Positions 46,139 through 58,381 of a DNA stretch of 64,000 nt are shown piece after piece. The first letter of the stretch is position 1. Each line of letters begins with the position of its first letter. The position numbers and the translations under genes are program-made. Source of the DNA: Basidiobolus meristosporus CBS 931.73 (lineage: Eukaryota > Fungi > Basidiobolomycota); NCBI GenBank assembly GCA_002104905.1, contig MCFE01000166.1:62001-126000 (forward strand), given 5' to 3'. Below the pieces are notes generated by a model that ran no database searches, was not told the DNA's origin, and saw only the letters and a program-made list of their open reading frames with translations.

Positions 46139-49100
46139 TGTTGTAAGAATTTGTAATTCCACCTAAATATTCACCTAACTTAGTCACTTAGATAATAACC
46201 TTCAAATCCTAGTGAATACTGACCAAATTCCTTGTTGGGATTTACTTAGAATATGCTCATTAAAATACCAGGTACCCTAAACATGAAATATCTCAAAGTT
46301 GTCCAAACAGCCCCAATCTTTGCACTCATGCTCTTAGGGCCTTCCTTAATCTATTCTACATGTGAGCTATGCCAAGGCCATATAAAAGTAAAAATACTAC
46401 TTTTACATTCAATAAATCATTAAGTGAAAGCCACATAATCTACTTGTTCTCCCAAATCACTTCCAATATCTCCAAGACTCTTACAACAGGTTATGAGCCC
46501 CAAGCTGTCTCTCTCCGTAATGTCCACTGCTGCTATTACTGGAGTTTTTCCCTCTGCTGAAAAGCTTGATGGATCAAACTACCAAGTGTGGAAGGTGAAG
46601 ACAAAGATGCTGCTACAAGAAAGAGGCCTTTGGGATATCATTATTGGAGATGAATGCCCTCCTAAAAATGTGGGAGATGAAGCCTTAAAGTACTAGAAGA
46701 AACAACAAAGTGCCTTTAACTGCAATATGCCTTAAAGTTAAAGACAAATTGCTAATTCAATGCTCAAGAGCAACACAGCAAAGAATGCCTGGAAGGCATT
46801 AGAAGGCACCTACTAGTCATGTTCAGCTGCTAAGAAAATGTATCTGAGACAAAAATTCTTTACTACAAAGATGCAGCCAGGAGAAGAAATGAAAAATCTA
46901 ATTTACAGAATTACCCTGCTGGTAGATGAGATGGAATCTGTAGGCATACCAACTACCAATGAGGATGTGACAGTTACCATCCAGAATAGCCTGACAGACA
47001 AGTCTTGGGGCCTTGTACTAGCCCTAGAGTCCAGAACTGAAGATTTGACATAGAGTACATTTATGCAAGGCTCCTGGATGAAGAATTAAGAAAATCAAGC
47101 ACCAATAAGAACAAAGAAGAAAATGCATTAATAAGCAATGATAACCAATAAAGGAGGTACCTAAGACCCTAAAAAGGCAACAGCAGCCTGTTTTGCAACT
47201 ACTGCAAAAGGAAAGGACACACATCAGACCAGTGCCTCAAAAAGAGAGATAATTAGTAAAAGAATCCGGAATACGGAAATGCTGCAACAACTCAAGATAG
47301 ACTATTCATATCTGCACTAAATATGATCACAAACAAGGATTCTAAGGTGTGGTATATTGACTCTGGAGCATCTCAACACTTCACATACCAAAAAGAACTT
47401 TTTACCCAATATCAAGAAATCCCAATTAACAAGGTTTTCATTGGTGATAATAGAGCACTTGATGCAGTGGGAGAAGGAACTAGCCAAGTAAACCTTAGAA
47501 GCAGTGAAGGAAGCCATACAATAACCTTTAAAGTAGTACTCTTTGTACCAGAAATAGCCTAGTACTAACTATCTATATGCAAGACCACAGCAGAGGACTC
47601 AGTTTCAGCTTTGACAATTCTGGATGCAGGATCACTGATCAAATGGTGCCCATATTGCTCTGGGTATTCAAGATCAAAATCTATACAAGCTGACTTATAT
47701 TTCATCATATCTGGAAGCCAATAAAAGTAACTTAAATGAAGAAACACCAATGATCAGCTAATTTCTGGAGTAAAAGTTGATCTCTCAGCTAGTTTGGAGC
47801 ACTGTGAAGCCTGCATATATGGGAAACAAGCCAGACAACTGTTCAAGAGCTCTGGCTTAATCAAATCTAAGAAAAAATTAGATCTAATTCATTCAGATCT
47901 GTGTGGACCTATGCAAAACTACCCCTAGGCAGGATGAGGTATTTAGTTACTTTTATTGATGATTATACAAGTTACATTTGGGTATTCTTCATGGAGAGAA
48001 AGAAAGAAGCTCTGTCTAAGTTCAGGGAGCTCAAAGGTATAGTGGAGAGAGTAACTAGTGAAAAAATCAAGAAAATATGCTCTGACAATGGTTGAGAATA
48101 TACCTCAAAACTCTTCATCCACTTCTGCAAAATTCATGGGATAAAGCAAGATACTACTGTATCATACTCCCCACAGCAAAATGGAGTAGCAGAACAAGCT
48201 AACAGATTCATAATTGATATGGCAGGATCTGTGATTGATGATCAAAAATTATCCTATGATTTTAGGCAGAATCAGTGGCCACTGCTGTAAACCTTAAAAA
48301 TAGTAGTTATAGCAGAATACTTGGTGATTTTACCCCATTTGAAGCATGGTATTGGTACAGACCAAGTGCAGAACATCTAAGAGTATTTGGGTGTACAGTA
48401 TATGCCAAGAAACTGCCTAGAAATCAGTCAAAATTTGAGCCAAAAAATGTAAAATGCAATTTTTGGGCTACTGCAATGAGAGTAAGGCCTACAGACTCTA
48501 TAATACCAAAGCAAAGAAGCCGATCAAGTCCAGGCATGTTTTGTTTGATGAAAATTTGATCAAACAAAGATTTGGAGATCTGCAATAACTGAGGAATATT
48601 TGCCATATTGAAAAATCAAATATGGGACTTGGTCAAGCTACTGATCAACCAAAAATCAATTGGATGCTGATGGGTCTTTGAGACAAAGCATAAGGCTGAT
48701 GGTAGAATTGAAAGATACAAAGCAAGACTTGTGGCCAAAGAATACTCTCAAACAAAAGGACTTGACTATACTGAGACCTTTGCATTGGTAGCCAAGTTTA
48801 ATTCCATCAGATTAATATTGGCTATTGCAGCCAATATAAGTTTTTTAACTATAAATAGATGTAAAAACTACATTTTGAATGGAGAACTTGATGAGGATGT
48901 GTATATGGACAAGCCTGATGGGTTTACTGACCAAGATAACCCCCATTTATTCTGCAGGCTCAAAAAGTCTCTATATGGTCTTAAACAAATACCAAGATCC
49001 TGGAATTTCATGATGAATTCTTATTTGGAGTCTTTGAGTTTCAAAAGGAGTAAAGCTGACAATAGTATATACTATAAGCCAGATAGAGCTAATCCAGCTC

Positions 49101-50210
49101 TATTAGTTCCATATGAGGATGATCTTATTATAGCTGCCAATAGCCTAGCAACATTGGAAGTGACTAAATCCAGCCTATCTAAGGAGTTCAAGATGTCCAA
49201 TCTAGGAGAACTCAGTTACTACTTAGGGATTGAGCTATCCATAGACAGAAGTACCCACACTATTACCCTAAGCCAATCCAAGTATATTGAAGATATATTA
49301 AAGAAGTACCAAATGGAAGACTCTAAACCAGCAGCTACCCCAATGGAGACAAACCTTAACTTGGTCAAAACTCAACCAAATCAAGAGAGCTTGGTGCCAT
49401 GTGAAAGTCCTGAATTTCCTTATCAATCAACAGTTGGCAGTCTGATGTATATCATGCTTGGAACACATCCAGATATCTCATATTCAGTAGGAGTTGTCAG
49501 CCAACATAATCAGAACTATGGGTCTGATCATATTGCAGCAGTTAAGCAGATTTTTAGATACCTAAAAGGAACTGCTGATATCTGCTTAAGATACACTTAT
49601 AAGGATTCAGAACAGGATCTTGTGGGATACTCTGATGCTGATTAGGGACAAAACTTGGAAGACATAAGATCCTTCACAGGATACACCTTTCTTTACTGTA
49701 AAGGAGCAATTTCATGGAACTCAAGAAAGCAACTAATTGTAGCACTTTCTACCACAGAGGCAGAGTATATGGCAGCCTGTGAAGCTACAAAAAAAGCAAT
49801 GTGGTTAAGAAAACTTTTTACAGATTTAGGCCTATGTCAAAAAACGCCTATTACTTTATTTTAAGATAATCAAGGATGTATACAATTAGGAAGAAATCCA
49901 GCTTTTCATGCTAGAGCTAAACACATAGAGATTAGACATCTTTGCATATATGAAGCTATAGAGAATAACTTAGTTAGCTTAGTTTACTGTCCTACAGATG
50001 AAATGATTGCAGACATATTTACCAAACCATTAGCTAGAGGCAAGTCTGAGTGTCTTAGGTCAAAATTAGGACTAGTCAGTATGAACATCTAGCTGAGTGG
50101 GACTATTCTAAAAATTTGCAATTCCATCTAAATATTCAATTAACTTGGTCACTTGGATCATTATCTTCATATTCTAGAGAATACTGACCAAGTTCCTTGT
50201 TGGGACTTAC
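46139..50210 (+). mobile_element. Ty1/Copia element, near full length, many stops and frameshifts
   Basis: 5' LTR 46139-46488 with 10-bp TIR TGTTGTAAGA, PBS GGTTATGAGCCC, gag KLDGSNYQVWK and CNYCKRKGHTSDQC, protease DSGAS, integrase HSDLCGP/IDDY, RT, RNase H ADIFTKPL, PPT, partial 3' LTR ~50104-50210. Confidence 0.93.
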
Positions 50211-50828
50211 AAACACTGTCTGACATTGAGGGTAACACCATCTGGCTCAGTGGGCCATTTGCTGGGAGTAGGCATGGCAAAGCACTCTGGGTAGAGAATC
50301 ATCCAGAATTCAGTATAGGGTACAAATATACAGCAAACTTAGCTTATATAAGAGAGTGTTGTCAGGGATTACAATGTATTACAGCTTATAGGAGGCCAAG
50401 GAATGGGGTGCTTAGCAGAAAGCAGAAGCTATAGAGTGCAATTTTTAATCATTTCAGAGTGGGAGTAGAGTTTTTTGGATATTTAACAAGATTCAGCATA
50501 TTGGCAGGCAAATACAGACAAAAGCCATGTATAGGAGAAAACAGCAGGGTGGGTAAAATAGTCAACCTACATATCAAGGCACAGTGTTATTCTTACAAGA
50601 AGGCATCCATTGAAATATATGTGTCTCAAGCATTTTGAAGAGTGAATAAAGCAGGAAAAGCACTACTCTGAGCAATCTAAGCAAGATTGAGTGAAATTAC
50701 CAGTAACTGTATTCTACCACTGGCATTGTGGTAGAAAGTATGGTGCCAGATAGTGTCATAGGGTGCCAGATTAAGCTGGCACTATAAACAGTCTGACATT
50801 ATATGGCGCTATCCAACAGAACTAGTCT
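50211..50828 (+). mobile_element. PHIS copy D: transposase C-terminal half plus terminal region
   Basis: LSDIEGNTIWLSGPFAGSRHG...; ends ...AACTAGTCT followed by ATT (degenerate TIR). Confidence 0.85.
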
Positions 50829-51099
50829 ATTACATCCTGTTGCATATGACTCATTGACACATATAAGCCACTAAGAATATTGCAAAGCCATCCAGTGTCC
50901 AACCAAACCCCATTACAGATAGCTGCAGAAGAAGAATTGGACAAAAGCTTGCCATAACGTTCAGTGCAACAGGCAAGGCAACATCTCAAATAGGCCATGT
51001 TAGCAGTGTGCTCATTGATGGTTATAATGCAGACTCTGTAGGCTATTAGTTATATTGGTAAATGAGAATCACTGAAGGATTGCAGGCTTTTCATAATGC

Positions 51100-52609
51100 T
51101 CTGAAGATGAGAAAGTAGCAAGTGTAGTAACTCTAGTGGATGACTGGTAAGTGACTGTCATTACATTGCCACTACATGAATATGCAAGTCTGCTGTCAGC
51201 TCACACCAATGCATTGGTGAGGCAATTATGTGCAGTGACTAATAGGATAGATGCAGTGACCCAGAGAGATCAGGGGACAGTTCAAAGGCAGGATTAGTGG
51301 GCAACACCTGGATAGTACTTAATATCCCAGGTAGAGAATGGAGCATCTTTTGCTGCTAAGTAAGATCTCAAGTTGTACAATGTCACAGGCCAGGATTGAG
51401 CCATATCCAATGTAACAGCAGAGGAACACTGTACAGTATTTGAAGCACAGTATCAGTACTCAATGCTAAAGCCCACAGAATAATTTATCACAGCATGGGA
51501 GGGAGAAACTGTGATATCTATATATCAAAGCCTACAGAAAACCCCATTGCAGCATGGGAAGGAGAAACTGTGATTCATATATAGCAAAGTCCAAAAATTA
51601 AAATCAATTGAAGATCTATGAAGCTGTGAAATGCAATGAGGACAAGTGGGCTAATATTCAAGTGACTGTGAGAAGTCTAATGCACCATCACCCAAAGACC
51701 AGCACACCATGGTGCTATCAGGAACTAAAGGCCAAACAGAATGAGCTTGACCCATTACATGTGCATTTTCCTGGACTCAAGCACATAAGCCAACTTTGGG
51801 CTAGCATTGCTATGTTAAGTAGATATCCAAATAGCAGTAGAAACTACTGAGGACAGAAGAGCAAGGGTGCCATGGCTAAAAATTGGTGGCATTGTTAAGA
51901 GTCTGTCACAAGCAAGGCTCAAGGCACTGCACTAGCAGGGAAGAAACATCACATAGATGGTGGAGCACCTAGGAGGGACATGTAGGCAGCAGCCAATGCA
52001 CCTAGCATTTATCAAGGAAAAATGTAGTACAATTCAAGAAGCACTGAGTCAAAGTAGCAGTGAGGGACCTAGCAGTGATCAATGCAAAGGGAAAGGGAAA
52101 AGCAAAGAATTCTACCAAAGCCGGAGATGGAGAAGTGTGAGAAAAATGCTGCAACTCTCACCATTCAATGCAGTTAACCCAGAGCAGTCAAATCCCATAA
52201 TAGTCAAGAAGAACAATTACCAGACAACAGCTACTCCCACTAATGCTTGAAGTGCAGCCAGCTGAGCTGCACTCTAGTGAGGTAGATGTGTTTGCAGAGA
52301 AAGGCAATTTGTCTACCACAGCATCCATGTCCCCACTGTAGACAGAGTGGAGATCCCACTGACAGGCATTGCAACAGTGTTAAGAAATCAGAGGACTATT
52401 GTAATTCCTACATTGGAGTATTGGAACAGTGATAGGTGTAGCAGGAGGTTGCAATGCTTCTTCAAAAGCAGCGCTCAATAAAATGCACTTGAATATAGCA
52501 AGTGGTTATTGCAAAGACTGGCAGATGAGGTGCTAGATCTAGCAGTGCATGCTGATTTAACTCTTGTGATGGCCTTTTCACAGGATAATAACAATTATCT
52601 CCCATAGGG
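51100..52609. mobile_element. CACTA-like element Z4, internally deleted, with CCCTATG-type terminus
   Basis: Accessory gene remnant (ITAWEG twice, IYEAVKCNEDKWANIQ); terminal ~55 bp homologous to 31630-31686. Confidence 0.72.
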
Positions 52610-54278
52610 AATACATTCCTATATACTTAATCTCAAGATAAATCTGAGTCTAAGCCTGGCCAATATTGCAATGAGTTATAGATATAGTAAGTGTAATTGA
52701 AAGAAGTGATTACACAGCTTCCTATTGATGAGTTGATAAGTTCATAAGCTTGGCATTGTGTCCAAATTCATTGACTGCATTTATTCTGAATATTTCCATC
52801 AAAACACAGGTACTAAAAAGATGATTGGTTTCATTCTTGGCCAGAAACCCTCAGGCTCTACATGTAGGTTTTATGGCCTCTCAAAGCATACTGCATCTAT
52901 CCATCCTACAACACCCATGTAAAAGTTCAAAGCCACTTGTGCATTGAACAGATCACCAATTTGAGGTCACAGAACATACTTTTCCCATCAACTTACAGTA
53001 TTCCAGAATCCAGTTATGCAAAAGGACATACACATTTTGGGGGTGTCCTCATATGAAAAAAGGCATTACCTATACTTGGAGTATAATGCCAGCTTTGCAA
53101 AGGGATTGAACCAATGAGAGCTGTGTGCCTGAGCAGTATATTACTGACATTAGAACAGATTAATTTAGATGATAGCTGAAGGTGAAGAAGCCAGGTAGCC
53201 ATATACACTTATTGAGAGATGCTGAATACCTGATACAAAGCCAGACAGTTGTCCATACAATCTATTATTAGTCATGTGCATGTCAACATAAGTCCTATGG
53301 TATAGACAGGATATGAATATTGAAATGAAGGGAAAATTGGCTTGCTTTTACTCAGGCATGAGTCTGACAATAAATTCAAAGTGAGATAAGGAGTATGTAC
53401 TATTGTAGACCAATGGAAGATATGTAGCTACCTACAGGAGGTGTTAATCAAAGGCTTTTGTCTTCCAAAAGCCAGCTTACTATACAACAGAATTGCTTTC
53501 TATTAGATACAGCTGATCACTTTGGAGAACCAGGTTCCCAGGAATAGCAGTCCGATATGAGATTACCTTCCTAGGTATATATGTGATATATTACCCAGAA
53601 GAAAGTCCAGCCCAGATTTTGGAATGGCCAATATGCATTTCCATTATCTCTACTTCAGTACTGAATTGGCAGATTCAGATTTGGCCCTTTTCTGGCCCAC
53701 CACTAAAGCCTTTACGTGCAGTCTGTTTACTTTCCACATAAGCAGTGCCTTGGTGTAGATATCTCCCCTGCTCAACCATTGAGTCCTCTACTGAATAGTA
53801 TCTCGCAACTGCTCCGACAATTCTCTCGCGAATAGCTGGCCAAAATCCATCCGGGATTTCTTCACCGCGAAAAACATGAGCGATCCTTAGCCCTAGAAAT
53901 ACCCTGCGTAGCCCTGCAAAACTACAGAATCTCTTGTGACACAAGGCTTAAATTTCCCTATTGACATAGGCTTACGTTACCCAGTAGATCGGTTGATGTT
54001 ATTTAACAACCGCGCCATTTACCTGACAAATAGCCATGAAATCGGGAGAAAGCAGCTGAAGCACCATGCAGACATGAAATCAAATGCATGCGCACTGGAT
54101 TGGCCTGGTTTGACGGTGATTGGGTGAGGCAAGCAAGGTTTCAATGGGAATCGGATCAAGTTCAATCTAAGTGGCACAACCGTAATGAACCTGAATTGTC
54201 ATGGTGTGTCATGATGCCGCACAATCACTCATCCGACCTATATAAGTGGACAGCCCTGCGAAGTGTTGCTAGAACAAC

Positions 54279-55468
54279 ATGAGTTCAACGATCTACCATT
54301 CGAATGAATATGCACCCCACGCGCAATATCGAGTTCTCCAGGGATCCTCGGTAACCAAGCGCGTCAGCGGTGAACCCATACCACTGACTCGTCCACAGGC
54401 CTACCTAAGTAAGTGACCGGTCCCGAGCCCTGCCCCAATAGCAGTCCTGACTGATTTAACTTGATTAGACAATTTTCTGTCTGGAGCCCTAGCTCTGGCC
54501 ACTTCTTTCGCAGTCATGCACCCGTTGGATACACTCAAAACCCGTATGCAGGCTTCTGGTAGCTCTGGATTCAAGCTGAATTCAATGCTGACTCGGGAAA
54601 CCCTGCGAGCACTTAGCAAGGGATTTGTCGCCAGTGTGGCCGGCGCTGGACCCCAGGTATGGATGCACGTGAGCGGTCGGGAATCAGCAAACGACTAACC
54701 TATTTCTGTCGGAATTGCCAGGGAGGAGCACGACTCGCTACTTACGAGCTCACCAAATCTTTCCTTCTTCACACTCCGTCTTCTTCCACGAGATCCCACC
54801 CAACTCCCCTGTGGATTCCCACCCTTTCGCCGATACCCGCGTCAGCCATCTCCGCGATTATTGGGGACTTGGCCTCGTCGGTGATCAAGGTTCCCAGAGA
54901 GGTGATCACTGCGCGCCTTCAGACCGACCATTATGGGGGCCAAGGGGCGACGTTCGCCATCCGCCAGATCGTCGGCACAGAAGGGATTTCGGGACTTTTC
55001 CGTGGGTTCTGGAGTACGACCGCTCGTGACGCCCCCTTTATGGTCATCCTCTTCACCACCTACGAGAAGTTCAAGGCGTATCATCACGAGACCACGATAC
55101 GGGCGAACAAGGCGATTGACGAGATGTGGGTTCCGGTGGAGCCCAGGATCCCCACTTTCAAATCCACTCTCTACGGCGGGATCTCAGGGGCGCTGGCCGG
55201 CTACTTGACTACCCCGTTCGACGTGATCAAAACCAAGATCATGACCCAGAAACTGGTCCACGCTTCCTCTTCGATGGCTGATCACACAAAGTCGATATGC
55301 CGTCAAGCAGTTCATACCAACGAGTCGGCACTCCGCAATTCCATCCGGATTTATCAAGCGTTCTTCGTGGGCTCTGTTCCTCGAAGCTCGTGGTGGTTCT
55401 GCGTTTGCAGCATGTTCTTCCCTATATACGAAACGACGAAGGAGTACCTGTCGGTAGAACACCGCTAG
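54279..55468 (+). CDS. Mitochondrial carrier (SLC25) protein, most like S-adenosylmethionine carriers; exons 54279-54350, 54399-54408, 54469-54656, 54722-55468
   Basis: Carrier signatures PLDTLKTR, PREVITAR, PFDVIKTK; GT-AG introns of 48, 60 and 65 bp with consistent phases; TATAAG at 54241. Substrate is an inference. Confidence 0.88.
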
Positions 55469-55878
55469 AATTCCCATCCTCTCAGTATCCATGTAGAAAT
55501 AGCCAACCAATTGTCACGATGTAAAAATAGACATTTCTTAATTCAATTAAAGTATTCTACGGAACCTCATCCTAGCTGGCAATGTAGCCGGAGTCTTTCT
55601 AAGGTTGGGGGCATGGGCTCTTGTAGTAAGAGACCATAAAGCACCCATTTGCACCTCTGGCGTGCTTGCGATGGGGATACGATCAGAGATTTCGATCGCG
55701 CCATGCATGTGTACACGTAGTTAGGGCCCTTAAGATGCACAATTAGGTAAGCCACTTCATCCGAGTTTGATGGATGGTGACTAACTCTGGACATTTAATC
55801 ATGTTTAACATAAATTGTTAATCAACCAGAAATCGGTTATATAACATACGAGACATCAGTCCACACTCTGACTTGACT

Positions 55879-56512
55879 ATGACGATAATGACTTCTACCT
55901 CACGTATGGACACGGACAGTATATTACGGCCAAAGCTAAAAGGAATCTTGAAAAGGCCGAGCTTCAGCACGAAAGCGAACAAGTACGTTGGCTTGCTCTC
56001 TAACAAGGGAAAGTGTTTGGCCACTAACCAAGGTTGATTAGGGGTCGGCTAAAATGGGACGAGCGCAATCTGCAGTTGTTGGAGTCGCCCAAGAAGTCCA
56101 AGGATTTCAAGGAGGCGAAGACCCCTTACGTTTACTACGATTCCGTGAATGATGTCGTGTTGAAAGGTAAGCAACTCCTTGCATGAGGCGTGGATATCGC
56201 GTATCAGCTAGATATTTACAAGGCTTCGATAGAGGGTGTTTCAAAGTCCCCGCCTGTTAGATCCGGAGCCCGGTCTAAGGGCGTTACCTTCACCTCCTCA
56301 GCCGACTTCGAAATGAGCATAGAGAGTAAGTACCAGGGGTTTGTTTGGTGAGGTTGTGCTCTGCTAACAAGTGTCAACTGTATTCTGATTCTGAAGAGAC
56401 CAGCTCCTCCACTGAACTCGCTACCTCGCATATTCTATTAGGCGAGGAAGACTCCGAGATGCAAGACATATATCCATTGAATGAGGACGAGATCAAACCC
56501 ATGGATGTTTGA
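55879..56512 (+). CDS. Protein phosphatase 1 inhibitor-2 (Glc8/IPP-2)-like protein; exons ~55879-55982, 56042-56166, ~56211-56325, ~56397-56512
   Basis: Spliced reading gives KGILK, RLKWDERNL and KEAKTPYVYYD in I-2 order; donors GTACGT, GTAAGC, GTAAGT and CTAAC branch sites. Last two acceptors are less certain. Confidence 0.75.
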
Positions 56513-57283
56513 GCTCGGTTGTACCCGAAACCATTTCCTCTTTACCCAGCGTTGGTCCGCCCTTCTGAACGCGGGATTTCTTTTCCAACGGCTCACCTTG
56601 GGCAACGGTTTTCATTTTATGTAAAAAGTAGGTATTTCAGCACATTTTGGGATTCACAGAGTTCTCAAGCGATCTCAGTCGCCTTTTATATCAAACATAC
56701 TTGAAGTGTGGTCGGTTGGCAATCCACTGGAGAACAGAAGGCTGGGTGGATCAGTGTTCAATCCAGAATTTCAATGGCACCGTTTGGGACACTATTTAAT
56801 CTAGACTGTCCTTTTTGCCTCTTTTAGCTATATGGGACAGCTTTTCCAGATGCCCACTAATACGCTTGATCACACTCGATCATGACGACGGGTGTTGGTG
56901 CCGAACATACATACACTCTGTACGCCACTGCCACTGCCCCTGTCACCACCACGGCCTCTACTCTTTTCTTACCCATCATGTGGGTCTCAATAAACACTTC
57001 ATCTCGCACTCGTGATGCAGCCGCACGCCAATCATCTCATCCATCAACCCCCTTGCATCTGATCCATGTTGAAGCGGATTTATTAATTTATGAAGTGAGG
57101 TTATCAGTTTAATACCCATGTTCTACGTCTGGGGAATTAGATACGTTATTGACGAAGAGTGAGGAGGATTTGATTTACAAGATACAAATGAAGATGGTAG
57201 CTCTAATGTGCCCGATTTATAAAATAGGATGCGGCGTGGTGTCTAAGTGTACCAAGGGGATCGCCCCTTCGGAATGGCCAAGC

Positions 57284-57883
57284 TTACCAAGGGAATGGCT
57301 TATTCTGGATGGTGCTGCTGATGGGGGCCGAAAAGATGGACTGATACTTCTCTCGTGGCTGCCTGGCTATGCTGTTGGGAAGGATGTTCTCATTGTGGAC
57401 GAAGCAGCAGCGTTTGCCATATGGACAGGCCCCGCTCTCCCAAAAAGTGCGGCACATCTGCGTTTTGTACTTGGGATGCTTCGGGACTTGACGCAACTCA
57501 TGGGACCCATGGGCAAATTGGCACTTCAACCCGTACCGACACTCACCCTTCTCCTCGTACGATCTACAAAACTCCGTCTTGTACAGCAACAGGTTCTTGA
57601 TGTTCACGTTTGCTCCTGGGCTGGGGCTAGACATGGTAGGGCTGTGTGTCGGCTCTTGGTACTCCAAGGGGAATGACCCAACGCTGCTAAGGCTTGAGAG
57701 CGTGGAGCTGGAAGAGTTCGTTCTCGAATGGGTAAACATCGGACCCTCACCGGTGTACCGCCGCATGCTCCAGCTCGGCGGACTGACCTGCCCTGAGGGG
57801 AACGGGTCTACACCGAACAAGGAGTAGGTGTTGTCTTCTTTGGGGCGTCCGAACATGATTTCTGAATTAAACCCGGTGCGCAT
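57284..57883 (-). CDS. TIS11/tristetraprolin-family tandem CCCH zinc-finger protein (Cth1/Cth2/Zfs1-like)
   Basis: YKTEFC-x8-C-x5-C-x3-H and KYKTQMC-x8-C-x5-C-x3-H with the typical 18-residue spacing; TATAAAT at ~58045 on minus. Confidence 0.93.
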   Translation of the reverse strand: MRTGFNSEIMFGRPKEDNTYSLFGVDPFPSGQVSPPSWSMRRYTGEGPMFTHSRTNSSSSTLSSLSSVGSFPLEYQEPTHSPTMSSPSPGANVNIKNLLLYKTEFCRSYEEKGECRYGLKCQFAHGSHELRQVPKHPKYKTQMCRTFWESGACPYGKRCCFVHNENILPNSIARQPREKYQSIFSAPISSTIQNKPFPW

Positions 57884-58337
57884 AAAGTCAACTGTGTATG
57901 TACCGATCTGGCTGAGGGATTGGTTAAGATTAGTAGCAGATGTTGTCTTAATGCTGGGTAGGGTCGACTGGAATTCACTCCCTTTCTAAAGACCGTTGAA
58001 GGACTGGTGAGAGGATGAATTCCCTGATCGCCCTCAAGGCATTTATATTCTCAGGGACAATGTATGTAGTGATAAGCGCATCAATCCTATTGACCTCGCT
58101 CAGGTCGGATATTTTTCCAGGTTTCCACCGACTTTACCGCAACCAGCATCCGTAGATAAAATGGGAATATTTGCGGAAATCAGCATCAAATGGCCGCGAG
58201 AGATCCCTTTCGAATATGGCTAAAGAGACTGACCCCTGTGGATCGTAGAAAGAGAGCATGCAGCGCTCATGGAATCGCGGCTTGCTGTCGAGTCCCAACA
58301 ATCCTCTACTGCGTAGGAAGTTGCTTTCACATAGCGT

Positions 58338-58381
58338 ATAGTATAGTATAGTACAGTACAGCACAGTATGGTATGGTACTG
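58338..58381. repeat. Pentanucleotide microsatellite (GTATA/GTACA/GTATG)
   Basis: GTATAGTATAGTATAGTACAGTACAGCACAGTATGGTATGGTAC. Confidence 0.8.

Noticed and set aside
53675-53944. 89-aa ORF at the compartment boundary
   Set aside because: No recognisable motif, non-ATG start, no splice support.
54659-54721. ORF-track start MDARERSGISK for the carrier
   Set aside because: Falls in a GT-AG intron with a CTAAC branch site; the first carrier repeat lies upstream.
57040-57110. AU-rich element autoregulating the CCCH gene
   Set aside because: The ATTTA motifs are on the plus strand, not in the minus-strand transcript.
57149-57827. Plus-strand ORFs of 175, 81 and 82 aa
   Set aside because: Antisense shadows of the CCCH gene with no motifs of their own.
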